Below are positions 26,325 through 36,944 of a stretch of DNA of 57,211 nt, in pieces. The translations under genes were made by a program, and so were the position numbers. Source of the DNA: a virus (lineage: Duplodnaviria; Caudoviricetes); IMG/VR virus record IMGVR_UViG_3300025632_000017, positions 1-57,211 of that record. The stretch is one strand, 5' to 3'. The notes under the pieces were generated by a model. That model worked only from the letters and a program-made list of their open reading frames with translations, had not been told where the DNA came from and did not search any database. Numbering within the stretch: position 1 is the stretch's first letter; each line of letters starts with the position of its first letter.

Positions 26325-26860
26325 TGCCTTATAAGTGTAAAGAAGAGAAGGCAGCTTATCAAAAAGCTTACTACGAAGCTAATAAGGAAAAGAGTAAAGC
26401 TTCTATGAAAGCTTACTACGAAGCTAATAAGGAAAAGAAATTAGCTTATATGAAAGCTTATCAGAAAGCTAATAAAGAAAAGAAGAAGGCTTACAGAAAG
26501 GCCAACAAGGAAAAGATAAAAGCTTATAGAGAGGCCAATAGAGAAAAGATGGCATCTTTCAATGCAAGACGCAGAGCCTTAAAGCGTAAACAAATACCCG
26601 TACACCTACGTGACTGCCCTCATGAGAAGAAACGCTTAGTAGAAATATACAAACTGCGTAACATCATAAGTGAAGCCACAGGAGTACAACACCACGTAGA
26701 TCATATGTGGCCTATAGCAGATGGTGGGCCTCATTGGAGTGGTAACTTACAGATTATACCTGCAGAGGAGAACCTGAGTAAGCGTGCCTCTGTGTGTGAA
26801 GAAACAAAGGCTACTATCATAAAGAGCCTATACACGTTTGAGTCAGAAAGAAGCATCTAA
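26324..26860 (+). CDS. HNH endonuclease with N-terminal KAYYEANKEK repeats
   Basis: HHVDHMWP...GPHWSGNLQII...NLSK. Confidence 0.85.
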   Translation: MPYKCKEEKAAYQKAYYEANKEKSKASMKAYYEANKEKKLAYMKAYQKANKEKKKAYRKANKEKIKAYREANREKMASFNARRRALKRKQIPVHLRDCPHEKKRLVEIYKLRNIISEATGVQHHVDHMWPIADGGPHWSGNLQIIPAEENLSKRASVCEETKATIIKSLYTFESERSI

Positions 26861-27064
26861 ATGAAGTTAGAACAAGAAGCGAAAGCACACGTAGAAGGTA
26901 CACGTATCAAGTTCTATGATGAGTTAGCCCAACATGCGGAAGCATTAGAGAAGCATATCAAGAGTAATCTATGGCAGAGTGACGAGAGGAACAAAGCACT
27001 AGAGCATCTGATAGCTACGGTACTATGGGCAAGACACTGTGTTAAGAAACACGGAGTACAATAA
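26861..27064 (+). CDS. Small helical-hairpin protein, possibly Acb2/Tad1-like
   Basis: SDERNKALEHLIATVLWARHCV resembles S.E...A...L..A..WA..A. Confidence 0.45.
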   Translation: MKLEQEAKAHVEGTRIKFYDELAQHAEALEKHIKSNLWQSDERNKALEHLIATVLWARHCVKKHGVQ

Positions 27065-27096
27065 AGAAAAGGGGAGCTTAGTGGCTCCCCTCTCTC
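27063..27096. terminator. Terminator between convergent arms
   Basis: AGGGGAGC-TTAGTG-GCTCCCCT stem, A-run on left, pyrimidine run on right. Confidence 0.85.
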
Positions 27097-27097
27097 G

Positions 27098-30000
27098 TTA
27101 CAGTTTAAGATAGTAATTTATTAAACCAGTAATTCTAATATCCTTTTCATCACGGTTCATCTCTTCATCAGGTATAGCATTTGTTTCCTCAATATGCTCC
27201 TCTAGGGTTTTACCTTCCCAGCGAGTACCTTCTGCAAAGACTGCAAACATAACATCTCTTGCTTTTCGATCATTACTAGACAGTGCCTTTAGTCTGCCTC
27301 TTGTCCAGTTAAAATAATCCCCTGTGTACTTCTCATCTGTTGCCATTTGTTGTAGCAACTCTTTAGCATACTTACGTTCTGCAGCAATATAATCCTTAAT
27401 GCCACTGAACCCTTCTAAAGAATCTGTCGTTTCGTTGCCACCAACCAGAAGCTGTTTCTGTTGTGCAGGCGTAGCATTTTTATACATAGGAGATTCAATC
27501 ACCTTCATCATGTTGTCATACAAGTGTCCTTGTAGTAACTGCTCTGTCAACACAGCAACCACAGGGTTCTTCTCACGATAAGGGTTGTACACGGTAAAAG
27601 GGTCAATCTGCAAACGTACAAACTCTTGCTTTAAAGGGTTCATACGAGGCTCACCCACAAGACCAATGACCTGTTTAATCATTGGGTTAGTTATACGTAA
27701 TGGGCCTTCACCAAAGATGTCCATACGAACAGCGTCATAACCCTCGTCTTCATTACCCTTAAACTGTGTCTGAAAGACAGCCTTTGTGGAGGTGTTAAAG
27801 AACTTAAGTAAGCCTTCCGCTTTCTTAGGGTCAATATCAATACCAGACATCTCTTTAAGAGTGTTGGCAATGGTTCGTGCATTAAAATCTGGAAGCTGTC
27901 TAGTTACTCTCTGAAAAGAAGACATAGGCATCTCAAACAAACCTAAGTTAAGCATACTCACAGTAGCATCTCTTGTTTCAGGAAAGTAAGAAGAACGAGG
28001 GTCAAATTGTCCGTAGAAGTCCTTAACTACAGCTGCTGGATAAGTAAAGGCACTAAAATAATTACCTACTAAGTCCCACAGAGGTTTAGTATCACCAGAT
28101 TCAACTGCACGTATAACCTTGTCTACTGCTGTCCCTGATGGACGAAACTCTGTACCAACCGCGATCTTAGCAATGTCTTTTTTGATCTCTGCATTACTTT
28201 TAACTTCTTGTCCCGCCATGACACGTGCAGCTAGGTTAGCTGTATACGCATGGAATGCACCAGGGCCAAGAGCGGCCTGAGCATTATAGGTTTGACCATC
28301 ATCAGTCTGTGCATGGAACCACTCAAGATTATTAGCAATGTTATCCTTCTGTACTTGATATAAAGCACCAAATGCTGCAGCCCCAGTCATAGCCTTGCCA
28401 AACTCTTCATCTGCTATAGATCGGCCTGTCGCCAAGCGCCTAATGAGAGTAAGACCTGTATAGTCACTAATAAACTTAGCCTGTGATGCCATATAACGAG
28501 GGAACGGTATCAGTACGGTGAGGCCTGACTTGTTAATGAGATCTACAAGCTCCTTAGTTGCCTTGCTCTCTGCAGAAGAACCTTTACCACCAAATTTACG
28601 TTGAAAGGTGAAAGCCAAGCTCTCATCTAAAGCATCATTGAGCATTTCATTTGATATGTTACCTAAGCGCCCTGCTTTCATCTCCTCCATAAGGCTACTG
28701 CCTTTAGCTTTAAATTGCCTATCTAAGTTACTTGCAATAACAGCTTTCTTAAATGTGTGGTCAGAGATAGTGTTAAGCGTGTTAAAAGCTTTACCTGTTC
28801 TAGCAAGCCATGAGTTTGACACAAGAGCGCTCTCAGCCATGGCAGCATCTTGAAATACACGAGACAGTGTTTCAGGTGCGTCTTGTTGCAATGTCTTAAT
28901 GAGTGCTTCTGCTACAACGTTGTCTTTAGTAAGATATTTAAAGGTGTCTAAGGTGCCTTTCATAGTAGAGATACCCTGAGAAAAACGCCCTCTTAACATC
29001 TGACCGATACCTGTGTTCACTTGATCCAGCATATCAATGCCTGTCATAGCTCCACCAAAGATATTGTTTCGCATAGTTGTAGCAACCTGAGAAGTCATCA
29101 AAGCACGTCTAGCAGATTCAATCTCTTTAAAGCCACGCCAAGCCCTACCTGCAATGCCATGTCCTGCTTCAGAACCAGAGTCTAGTGCACGTTTAGCTTC
29201 AGAAGGATCAACACTAGACATACCTGCATTATACAAACGCTCTATGTCATCCGCAAACTTCTTACCATCGACAGCACCTACAAGCTTAGCACCGCCTTTA
29301 CGAACAAGCTTAGATTGGTCAGCCAAGATCTTAGCCGCTTCTGATACCTCTGCAGCATATACAGCGGATAGCTGTCTGTTACTTAAGTTATACTTTTTAG
29401 CTATTTCTTCAAAAGCATCGCTACTACCGTCTTCACCTATAGTCTTAGCAAGTACTTCTGTTATACGCTGACCTGACTCTGGTTTAATGCCTAGACTCTT
29501 AGTAAGATCAAAAGAAGCGGCTGTAAGTCTCCGTATAGTATCACGATCCAATCCACCGATTAGACCATCAGGAAGTGTATCACTAAGGATGTCGTGCTTG
29601 GCTTCCATACCCTCTTTTACAAGTGCAGGGTCAATAGCCTTAAGCAGCCTATCAGTAGTAAAGGTCATACGCTTCTTGCCTTCAGCCGTAGACAGCGCCT
29701 TCTTGATGGTCTCTTCCGTAGCCGCCTTAGCCTCTTGCAGCGCAGCTACATTAGCCTGTCTGCCTTCATCTAAAGTTTCTACGAGCCTACCAGATACTCT
29801 ATTACGGTTGAATGCAGGAATGGCATAACCAAGAGCCCCAGCTGATCCACCAATAGCCCCTGCTAAGGCAACGTTACCCATGTTGACATCGTACTCTTCG
29901 TCAATCTCTTTACCTGCAGTCTGTTTGATGCGCTCTAGGCCAAGCTGAGACCCTGCAGCAATACTGCCATCCACTGCACCTGCAAAAGCAGCACGTCCTA

Positions 30001-30484
30001 TTAGTCTATTAGCCACTTTACGTGTGGCTATAAGAGCGCCTTGCTTAGTCGCTTGTACAGCAGCCCCGCCAGCACCACCTGTAAAAGTGCCTGCAGCAAC
30101 AGAAGCATACGTAGAGGGGGCACTAAGAAAACCTTTAGCATAGTCAAAGATAGCTTCACCACCACGGTCAAGCATACCCTCTCCTTTTGAGTTATCAAAT
30201 GTAAATAACAAGCGCCCATAAGCCTGACGTTCTTTTTCATCTACTTTATCATCACTAACGTAGTAGTAATCTTTAGCCATAGTAATTTCGTTGGCTGTAC
30301 TCATACGAAAATGTTCTAGTACTTCGTCTACGACATCATCAGCTGAAAGATCTTGAATGTCTTCGTCCGTAAAACCCTTGCGTTTACTCTTTAAAAAAGT
30401 TAAAGCATCTGTAAGGAAGGCAGGATCGTTTTTCAGATCGGATACCTTTTTATCCTTCATGTTTTCTGCTGTATAATAGTCCAT
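27098..30484 (-). CDS. Large internal virion (ejection) protein
   Basis: 1128 aa, helical, last gene of the structural arm. Confidence 0.65.
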   Translation of the reverse strand: MDYYTAENMKDKKVSDLKNDPAFLTDALTFLKSKRKGFTDEDIQDLSADDVVDEVLEHFRMSTANEITMAKDYYYVSDDKVDEKERQAYGRLLFTFDNSKGEGMLDRGGEAIFDYAKGFLSAPSTYASVAAGTFTGGAGGAAVQATKQGALIATRKVANRLIGRAAFAGAVDGSIAAGSQLGLERIKQTAGKEIDEEYDVNMGNVALAGAIGGSAGALGYAIPAFNRNRVSGRLVETLDEGRQANVAALQEAKAATEETIKKALSTAEGKKRMTFTTDRLLKAIDPALVKEGMEAKHDILSDTLPDGLIGGLDRDTIRRLTAASFDLTKSLGIKPESGQRITEVLAKTIGEDGSSDAFEEIAKKYNLSNRQLSAVYAAEVSEAAKILADQSKLVRKGGAKLVGAVDGKKFADDIERLYNAGMSSVDPSEAKRALDSGSEAGHGIAGRAWRGFKEIESARRALMTSQVATTMRNNIFGGAMTGIDMLDQVNTGIGQMLRGRFSQGISTMKGTLDTFKYLTKDNVVAEALIKTLQQDAPETLSRVFQDAAMAESALVSNSWLARTGKAFNTLNTISDHTFKKAVIASNLDRQFKAKGSSLMEEMKAGRLGNISNEMLNDALDESLAFTFQRKFGGKGSSAESKATKELVDLINKSGLTVLIPFPRYMASQAKFISDYTGLTLIRRLATGRSIADEEFGKAMTGAAAFGALYQVQKDNIANNLEWFHAQTDDGQTYNAQAALGPGAFHAYTANLAARVMAGQEVKSNAEIKKDIAKIAVGTEFRPSGTAVDKVIRAVESGDTKPLWDLVGNYFSAFTYPAAVVKDFYGQFDPRSSYFPETRDATVSMLNLGLFEMPMSSFQRVTRQLPDFNARTIANTLKEMSGIDIDPKKAEGLLKFFNTSTKAVFQTQFKGNEDEGYDAVRMDIFGEGPLRITNPMIKQVIGLVGEPRMNPLKQEFVRLQIDPFTVYNPYREKNPVVAVLTEQLLQGHLYDNMMKVIESPMYKNATPAQQKQLLVGGNETTDSLEGFSGIKDYIAAERKYAKELLQQMATDEKYTGDYFNWTRGRLKALSSNDRKARDVMFAVFAEGTRWEGKTLEEHIEETNAIPDEEMNRDEKDIRITGLINYYLKL

Positions 30485-30538
30485 GGTTGCTCCGATTAGC
30501 GTTTTATAGATAGGTTATTGGTGTGTTCCTGTACTATA

Positions 30539-32830
30539 TCACAAACCCATTTCTTTTTGCACTATCGCTATGCCATATTTCTCAACTAGCATCTCCAGCA
30601 GTCCAGTGTCTTTGCCTAATTCACGAGCTTTCTGTGCTCTCTGAAGTCTAGCTTTATCGCTTGCTGTCATACCTTTAGGCTTAAGGGGTTTCTTAGGCCT
30701 AGTCACTAAAGGTTCAGGCTCTACAGTTTGCTCTACTTCAGCCTTTTCACGTAGGTCAGAGATCTTATCCTTAAGAGCTTGTAAAGCTACAACCCTATTT
30801 CTCTGCCCTTCATTCTTCATAATACGCTCCTCTAAGGATTCCTCAAAGAAGGCTGCTATAGAGGTATTTATTTTATCCTGAGTGTCAAACAGAGACTGGT
30901 GAAACACATCTGGCAGTTCAGTCAGATAACTCAGAGCCTTAGAGATCTCTGATGTCGTAGCGTTTTCCAGGTCTTCAGGTACATCACCAGGGAATTCCGG
31001 GGTAAACACTTCGTTTACAGCGCTAGGCTCTTCTGCCTTTTTCTTTTCTGCATACTCCATACGTTCCCGTATCAATTCCTCTAGCTGTTTGTAAGCAGGG
31101 GTATCAGTTGCAGTAGTAAACAACTTTACGAAGTTATCTTCTACTTCGTTTACTACTTCTTCTGGGGGCAAGTCACTGGTGAAGTACTTAGTGAACCCCA
31201 TAGCTGCAACTTTAGCGGCACTATCTGCCTGGCTTTTAGATATATTCTTTAAGCCTCTGCTTAGCCTTGTCTCCTGAGTCCCCCCTACAAAACCTGTAAG
31301 AAAGTCTACAGCAGTAGCAAGCCCAGATGCTACAGCGGAGTTAGTAGTTTTAAGATTGGATACTATAGATGTATTAAGATCTTCAGTAGAAGGTAATTGG
31401 ATGCCTAAAGAATCAATCCACTCACTTGTAGCAGCACCAGCAGCAATACTTTTTACAAGAGGTTTGATTGTATCATCCTCGTAAGCAGCTTCACGGCGGT
31501 CCATGCCAATGTCAGATAAATCCAAGCTAGGTACAGAGTCATCTTCGTAAGCCGCTTCACGGCGATCCATGCCAATGTCAGATAAATCAGTGGCACCAGT
31601 AGTACCACCAGTAAGCTCTTCTACCTTAGCATTAATAGCAGCATCTGAGGTCAGAGGAGCAGGTCCAGAGGCTGCAGCTGCAGCGGGAGTAGATGTTTCA
31701 GTTAAAGGGTCAGTATTAGCTGCATCTACAGATGTCTCTTCTTCAGGTTCTACTCCTGGAATAGGCTCACCATTTAGTACGGCTTCAAATTGTGTATCAG
31801 TAAACGTACCATCAGTTTCAATAATAAGCTTTGTAAAGCGTCCATCTCTTTCCGCCGCTACAAAAGCCTTTAACTCCTCTGGAGTGTCGATAGAACGAAT
31901 CATCCTAGACATAGCGCCTGTACGTTTTAATTTGTTACCAAAGCCAGCCCCGTAACCCTTAAAGGCTATATTGCTCTCAAGAAAAGCAAGGTACTCTGAA
32001 GCAGTCTCAATGTCTTTGAATACATCTATTACGTTGCCATCAGCTGGGTTTTTAAAGTTTTTAGCTAGTGAAGCGTCAATATCTGTTTCGGTATCATTTA
32101 ATACCTTAAAGTTTGCAGCAAGTCTCCTACGAGTATTATTCTGTGTAGTACCAAAATCAGATGACTTATAGTCTTGGTCAGGTAATGCTAGGGGTCCAGC
32201 TGTAACCTCAGGGAATATATCACCACGTCCTGCAGAAGCATTAAAGTTACGTAACTCATCCATGCTAAAGCCTGCATACTGCATATTCTTAAGCTGCTCT
32301 TCTGCAGAGGCTCGTGGGTTTAACGCTAAGAAGTCAGCCATAGCTTTACCAAAAGCGCCACGCTTGTTAACTTCAGACTTAGGGTTATTGCTGGCGTTAA
32401 GGTTCTGAGTTGTATTAAAGAGGATGTTTCTCAAGCCAGACTCAAGTGTCATACCTTTGGGCATAGTTACACTAGATGCCATATTGAGAGAGCCAAGTAT
32501 AGTACTTTTATCAAAGCCTAATTCACTTGCATTAGCCTCTGCAGCCATCTTCTGCTCCATGAGGGTTTTGTGAATTGCGTTTAGATCGTACTTACTAGCC
32601 ATAGCTACAATCTCAGAGTCTGTAAAACCAAAAGAATCTTTTAGTTGTCGAGCCTGAGACACGGTAGCTTTATACGCAGCTGTAGTTTCTGCGTACTTAG
32701 GCGCATTAGCCTTGGCAGAAGCAATCATCATATCTTCGTATTTTTCTGCTTTATCTGTACGGTCTTGGATCTTTTGTACAAACGTATCGGCAAAGCCGCC
32801 AATCATACCTGCCTGAAATGCACTTGCCAT
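30539..32830 (-). CDS. Internal virion protein
   Basis: 763 aa; position; internal duplicated DLSDIGMDRREAAYEDD. Confidence 0.55.
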   Translation of the reverse strand: MASAFQAGMIGGFADTFVQKIQDRTDKAEKYEDMMIASAKANAPKYAETTAAYKATVSQARQLKDSFGFTDSEIVAMASKYDLNAIHKTLMEQKMAAEANASELGFDKSTILGSLNMASSVTMPKGMTLESGLRNILFNTTQNLNASNNPKSEVNKRGAFGKAMADFLALNPRASAEEQLKNMQYAGFSMDELRNFNASAGRGDIFPEVTAGPLALPDQDYKSSDFGTTQNNTRRRLAANFKVLNDTETDIDASLAKNFKNPADGNVIDVFKDIETASEYLAFLESNIAFKGYGAGFGNKLKRTGAMSRMIRSIDTPEELKAFVAAERDGRFTKLIIETDGTFTDTQFEAVLNGEPIPGVEPEEETSVDAANTDPLTETSTPAAAAASGPAPLTSDAAINAKVEELTGGTTGATDLSDIGMDRREAAYEDDSVPSLDLSDIGMDRREAAYEDDTIKPLVKSIAAGAATSEWIDSLGIQLPSTEDLNTSIVSNLKTTNSAVASGLATAVDFLTGFVGGTQETRLSRGLKNISKSQADSAAKVAAMGFTKYFTSDLPPEEVVNEVEDNFVKLFTTATDTPAYKQLEELIRERMEYAEKKKAEEPSAVNEVFTPEFPGDVPEDLENATTSEISKALSYLTELPDVFHQSLFDTQDKINTSIAAFFEESLEERIMKNEGQRNRVVALQALKDKISDLREKAEVEQTVEPEPLVTRPKKPLKPKGMTASDKARLQRAQKARELGKDTGLLEMLVEKYGIAIVQKEMGL

Positions 32831-32832
32831 AA

Positions 32833-33408
32833 TTAAACTTCCTTCGCCATGAGACCTGCAGGTGCGGCAGGCATCTCTTCCATAGTTTCTTCCGCCATTT
32901 CTACAGGCTCTTCTTCCATAGGTTCATCAGATTGCATAGACTCTAATACGTCTTGCTGCATTTGTACGCCAGGATCAGATGCTTCACCTTTGGCGATCTC
33001 CAGTTCTAGCTTAGTTGCCAGCTTCTGACGCATACGCTCTTCTTTCTTAGCATCCATGTTAACATAGTCTGTCATAGTGAGTTTGTATTCAACGCCAACA
33101 ACCTCTGCAATGGTTTGGATCTGTGTAGCAATTACACCTTTTAGTAGTAGCTTAGTGTCTACTGAATGCAGACCATCCATAACACCACCCGAAAGCATTG
33201 TATCCACGACAATACTAATGGGGATTCCTATGTCCAGCATGTCAATTAACTCATCCTGAGATTCAGGATCAGCAAGACGTTCCATGTACATCTCAAGAGC
33301 ATCCATAGGATCTGCATACTTAGGCGGTTGCTCCCAAGGTACGTTCTTAGGTTCCGTAGTTAAAGACTGACCGGGGATTGGTCCCTCAAATAGTGTTGGC
33401 TTTGCCAT
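32833..33408 (-). CDS. Conserved hypothetical virion-region protein
   Basis: PIPGQSLT.EPKN.PWEQPP motif. Confidence 0.7.
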   Translation of the reverse strand: MAKPTLFEGPIPGQSLTTEPKNVPWEQPPKYADPMDALEMYMERLADPESQDELIDMLDIGIPISIVVDTMLSGGVMDGLHSVDTKLLLKGVIATQIQTIAEVVGVEYKLTMTDYVNMDAKKEERMRQKLATKLELEIAKGEASDPGVQMQQDVLESMQSDEPMEEEPVEMAEETMEEMPAAPAGLMAKEV

Positions 33409-33417
33409 GATAATACC

Positions 33418-33840
33418 TTACTTAGTGAAACCTGCGCCAAAGTAGAGACCTACGATAGCTGAAACGATGTGTGTGTCTAGTGGGGTGATTACGAAGCCTC
33501 TAGCTGCCTGCCACTTTACTGTGCCATCGCCGCCAAAGATCCAGTTAAACAGGCCGCCCTCTACTTCTGTGTAGCCTACAATAACGCTTACCTCAGGATA
33601 CCACACAGCCACTGCTTTTGGCAAGACTATAATTGAGAAGATTGCAGATAGAGCAATAAGCCTGCGTGTCCATGCAAAATGCTTATCTGTCTTGCCGTGC
33701 TCTCTGGCCTGCTGCATACCACCAATCATCATCTCTTGTTGCTTGGCTTTGTTCTTAGCGTTCTGCCCTATCATAGACATAACCCCACCCAGTACAGTGG
33801 AGAATAGCATAGTGATAAGCTCTAGAGGTAAACCAAACAT
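33418..33840 (-). CDS. Membrane protein, holin candidate
   Basis: Three hydrophobic segments, ends IVGLYFG; adjacent to hydrolase. Confidence 0.5.
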   Translation of the reverse strand: MFGLPLELITMLFSTVLGGVMSMIGQNAKNKAKQQEMMIGGMQQAREHGKTDKHFAWTRRLIALSAIFSIIVLPKAVAVWYPEVSVIVGYTEVEGGLFNWIFGGDGTVKWQAARGFVITPLDTHIVSAIVGLYFGAGFTK

Positions 33841-34769
33841 TAGGGACGTGCCTTTGGTTTCGGCTTAATCCAGTTCTTACCATCATATCTATTGTCATCA
33901 TCTGCATTACCAAACAGGTGACTTCCTATCTGAAGGGTGCCACGTTTACGAGACTTCATATCAGGTAGCCAATCAGGTTGATTAACAGCTGTGTTTACAT
34001 AATGAGTAGCGCCGTCTGTAGGGTCTGTATAATCTCCAGTAAGAATATCACCTGCAGCTTTATAGGCTTTTGCGCTAGGTTTAAGAGCCATCATATTTTT
34101 ACCTTGTTTGCCTTTAGCGTGTCCTGTCCACGAGTTCCACGGAGAGAACTGGCCTTTCTTTAGAATTACACCCTCTATATCATCACCATATTTACCAGCT
34201 GCAGCACGGTTAGCTATTACAGAGCCTACCGCAATCATACCTTCATAACCCTCTTGTGCTGCTTCTGCTTCAATGGTACGAGCTAAGATCTCTAGCTTAG
34301 ACATCTCTTTAGGGCTTTTGTACACCTTATACTCTGGTATATCTAGGTTCTCTGGTCTAGCCATCATATTGGCACTTTTAGACATGAGACCCTCAGAACC
34401 TGAAGCCTCTACTATTGCTTCCTCAATGTCGCTATTTGTTTGTGTAGTCTCTGGGATTGTAAGCTCTTCAGGTCTAGCTTTAGGCCGCACAGGCTCCTCT
34501 GGAGTTAAAGCAGATACATCATACTTTGATAGATAGATCTCTGGCTGTTCTTCCATAGCAATGTCAGCTTTCTGGCGAAGGCTTCTAATAGTGTTTGCTA
34601 CAAAGTCATCTGTTGTAGGAGCAGCTGCTGTTGGCTTATCAAATAAACCCTTACGCTTACTAGTACTATCATCCCCTGTAGAGGGTTTTTGTGCAGAAAG
34701 AGCACGTTCCTTAATGCGAGACATCATGGTAACGATGTTATCTGTCTGTGATTGTGATAAAAGACCCAT
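33840..34769 (-). CDS. Protein with C-terminal SleB/Hydrolase_2 cell-wall hydrolase domain
   Basis: LARTIEAEA, AVGSVIANR, GQFSPWN, DPTDGATHY, IGSHLF; start MGLLSQ. Confidence 0.88.
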   Translation of the reverse strand: MGLLSQSQTDNIVTMMSRIKERALSAQKPSTGDDSTSKRKGLFDKPTAAAPTTDDFVANTIRSLRQKADIAMEEQPEIYLSKYDVSALTPEEPVRPKARPEELTIPETTQTNSDIEEAIVEASGSEGLMSKSANMMARPENLDIPEYKVYKSPKEMSKLEILARTIEAEAAQEGYEGMIAVGSVIANRAAAGKYGDDIEGVILKKGQFSPWNSWTGHAKGKQGKNMMALKPSAKAYKAAGDILTGDYTDPTDGATHYVNTAVNQPDWLPDMKSRKRGTLQIGSHLFGNADDDNRYDGKNWIKPKPKARP

Positions 34770-34797
34770 TGTAATTATACCTACTGTTAACGCTGTT

Positions 34798-36942
34798 TTA
34801 ACCAAATGCCCAGTCCAGAGCTTTGTCTGCAAACATAGCAAGTAGCTTACCTGAACCTGCGCCTGCTGCTGTATCAATCTGAGCTTGAATTTGCGATGCA
34901 GCTGTTTCAGCTTGAATAGCTGCAACCTGCAACCTAACCTGACGATCTGCAGTACTCTCAGCGGCACTAAAAGCATAACTAATCATATCACGCTCTTCTT
35001 GGATTACATTGTTGTATGCAGTCATTGTGTACTGATTTTCAGCGATTGCTGCATCACGGTTTGCTTCGTTCTGCGCTGCTGTTTCTGCTGTAGTAGTTGC
35101 CTGAGACCATGCAGCATTAGCTTGCGCTACGATAAGCTGGTTGTTTGCATTAAACTGATCTCGTGCCGCTCTCTGACTTACATTAAACTGATTTACTGCA
35201 TTTGTTTGACCAGAGTTAAACTGGTTCATGGCATTCTTTTGCTCATTATTAAACATAGACACCTGAGATGCTAGATTAGTAAAGAACTGATTAGTCTGGT
35301 TCTCACTAGAAGCATTAAATTGCTTAGAAGCATTCTCAGCAGCTTGGTCTGATAGCAAGGCATTAACCAAACTCTGTGATTTAAACATGGTAGCCTGTTG
35401 CTCATTAGACAAGTTAACCATGTCCATATCTAAGAAAGACTTAGCGTTTTGTACCTGCGCCTGCTGACGGTTGTTTAGGTTAGTAAGATCTAACTGTGTC
35501 ATGGCAGCTGCATCAGCCATTACTTTAGCATTAGCAGCACTAAGGTTAGCTAAGTCTACAGACTGTGCCATACGAGCATTCTCAAGAGCAACCTGCTGTT
35601 CAGCAGTGAAGTTCATGTTAGCAATCTCTGAGATCTTAGAAGCGTTAGCTACACGAGCCTGGAAGTTTTGGTTAAACTCTAGCCCTAAAAACTCAGCACG
35701 TTTCTCAGCAGCAAACATAGCAGCTTGTTGTTTATTACTTAGGTTAGTTAACTCAAATGTAGCAGAAGTCTGCGCATCCTGTACAGCGATAGGCATTGCT
35801 GATTCCATGGCGGCTTGAATAGCAGCCTGACCAGCCATAGAAGAAGCAGACAACCCACGTGCAGCCATCTGTGCAGCTGCAGCCCTCATAGCACCAGCAG
35901 CCCATGCAGGAGGTTCACTACCCTCAAACTGCTCCATCAAGCCCGTAAGCTGACCCTGTACTGTAGCATCTGTAGAAGGAGCACCTGTAGCAGCGGCGAA
36001 GTTAGTCTCTGTCTTGACACGCTCCATGTCAACAGTAGAGCCTTCAATCATCTCCCCTTCCTGCAGAGTACGAGCATCTACAGGCTGCACCCTACGTGCT
36101 TCTGATAGCTGAGCAGCGGAAATACCAAGCTGAGCAAGCTTATCTGGTGACATAGATTGCGCATCAACTAAAGCTTCTGCGCTAGGTTTACCTGTAGCAG
36201 CCTCTAAACGATCCAGTACATCTTTTGTTGTAGATTCTACAGAAAGAGGCTCATAGGTAACTGCATCTGTCTTAGTGGGTGTCGTAACATCTGCTGCAGT
36301 TTCTGCAGTATCTACTACCATATCTGTAGTAGCAGCTACGTCTCCTGTACCTGCAGCGATCTCTCCTGCAGTCTTATCCTCTTCTGATATAGTAGCTACA
36401 TCAGCTTTCTTGGTCATCGACCCTGGATCTGTTGCAGCTTTTACATTTAACTCTGCGCTTGTAGGAACTTGTGTAGTTTTATAATCAGAATAAGCAAGAG
36501 AGTATTTTTGTTTAGCATTGTTTACATTTGTTTGTGCATCTGTAACAGCTTTTACTAACTCTTCATTTTCAGGGTCTGCTTGTTGTGCATTAATGGCATC
36601 CTGCAGGGCAGTGTTTGCTGTGGACACCCCTTCTCTCGTTGCGTCAAGAGGATTAACAGCGCCATTTGTATCAGGCGGTAGATCAATTTTGGGGAAATCC
36701 TCCATGTTGGCGGTATCTAGATTATTTTGAAAACCGCCTACTGCATAGCCTTTCTTAGTAGCCATGCCACCATAAGCCATACCAATACGCTTCTGCGCTA
36801 CCTCTGCCATCTTACCGACACGAGCAGCAGCACCAGGCTGTGACGCTAAGTAAGCAGCTTGTTCATCAGCCTGCATACCCTGCATTTCAGGTATAATCTT
36901 ACCCATCTGTTCTGGTGTGAACCCTGCAAACTTCTTAGCCAT
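34798..36942 (-). CDS. Internal virion protein (A/Q/N-rich)
   Basis: 714 aa; QFNA/NLSN.QQA repeats. Confidence 0.65.
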   Translation of the reverse strand: MAKKFAGFTPEQMGKIIPEMQGMQADEQAAYLASQPGAAARVGKMAEVAQKRIGMAYGGMATKKGYAVGGFQNNLDTANMEDFPKIDLPPDTNGAVNPLDATREGVSTANTALQDAINAQQADPENEELVKAVTDAQTNVNNAKQKYSLAYSDYKTTQVPTSAELNVKAATDPGSMTKKADVATISEEDKTAGEIAAGTGDVAATTDMVVDTAETAADVTTPTKTDAVTYEPLSVESTTKDVLDRLEAATGKPSAEALVDAQSMSPDKLAQLGISAAQLSEARRVQPVDARTLQEGEMIEGSTVDMERVKTETNFAAATGAPSTDATVQGQLTGLMEQFEGSEPPAWAAGAMRAAAAQMAARGLSASSMAGQAAIQAAMESAMPIAVQDAQTSATFELTNLSNKQQAAMFAAEKRAEFLGLEFNQNFQARVANASKISEIANMNFTAEQQVALENARMAQSVDLANLSAANAKVMADAAAMTQLDLTNLNNRQQAQVQNAKSFLDMDMVNLSNEQQATMFKSQSLVNALLSDQAAENASKQFNASSENQTNQFFTNLASQVSMFNNEQKNAMNQFNSGQTNAVNQFNVSQRAARDQFNANNQLIVAQANAAWSQATTTAETAAQNEANRDAAIAENQYTMTAYNNVIQEERDMISYAFSAAESTADRQVRLQVAAIQAETAASQIQAQIDTAAGAGSGKLLAMFADKALDWAFG

Positions 36943-36944
36943 AA

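Noticed and set aside
34770-34976. N-terminal extension of the hydrolase ORF in the track
   Set aside because: Overlaps the upstream gene; ATG at 34769 after AGGT is the more plausible start
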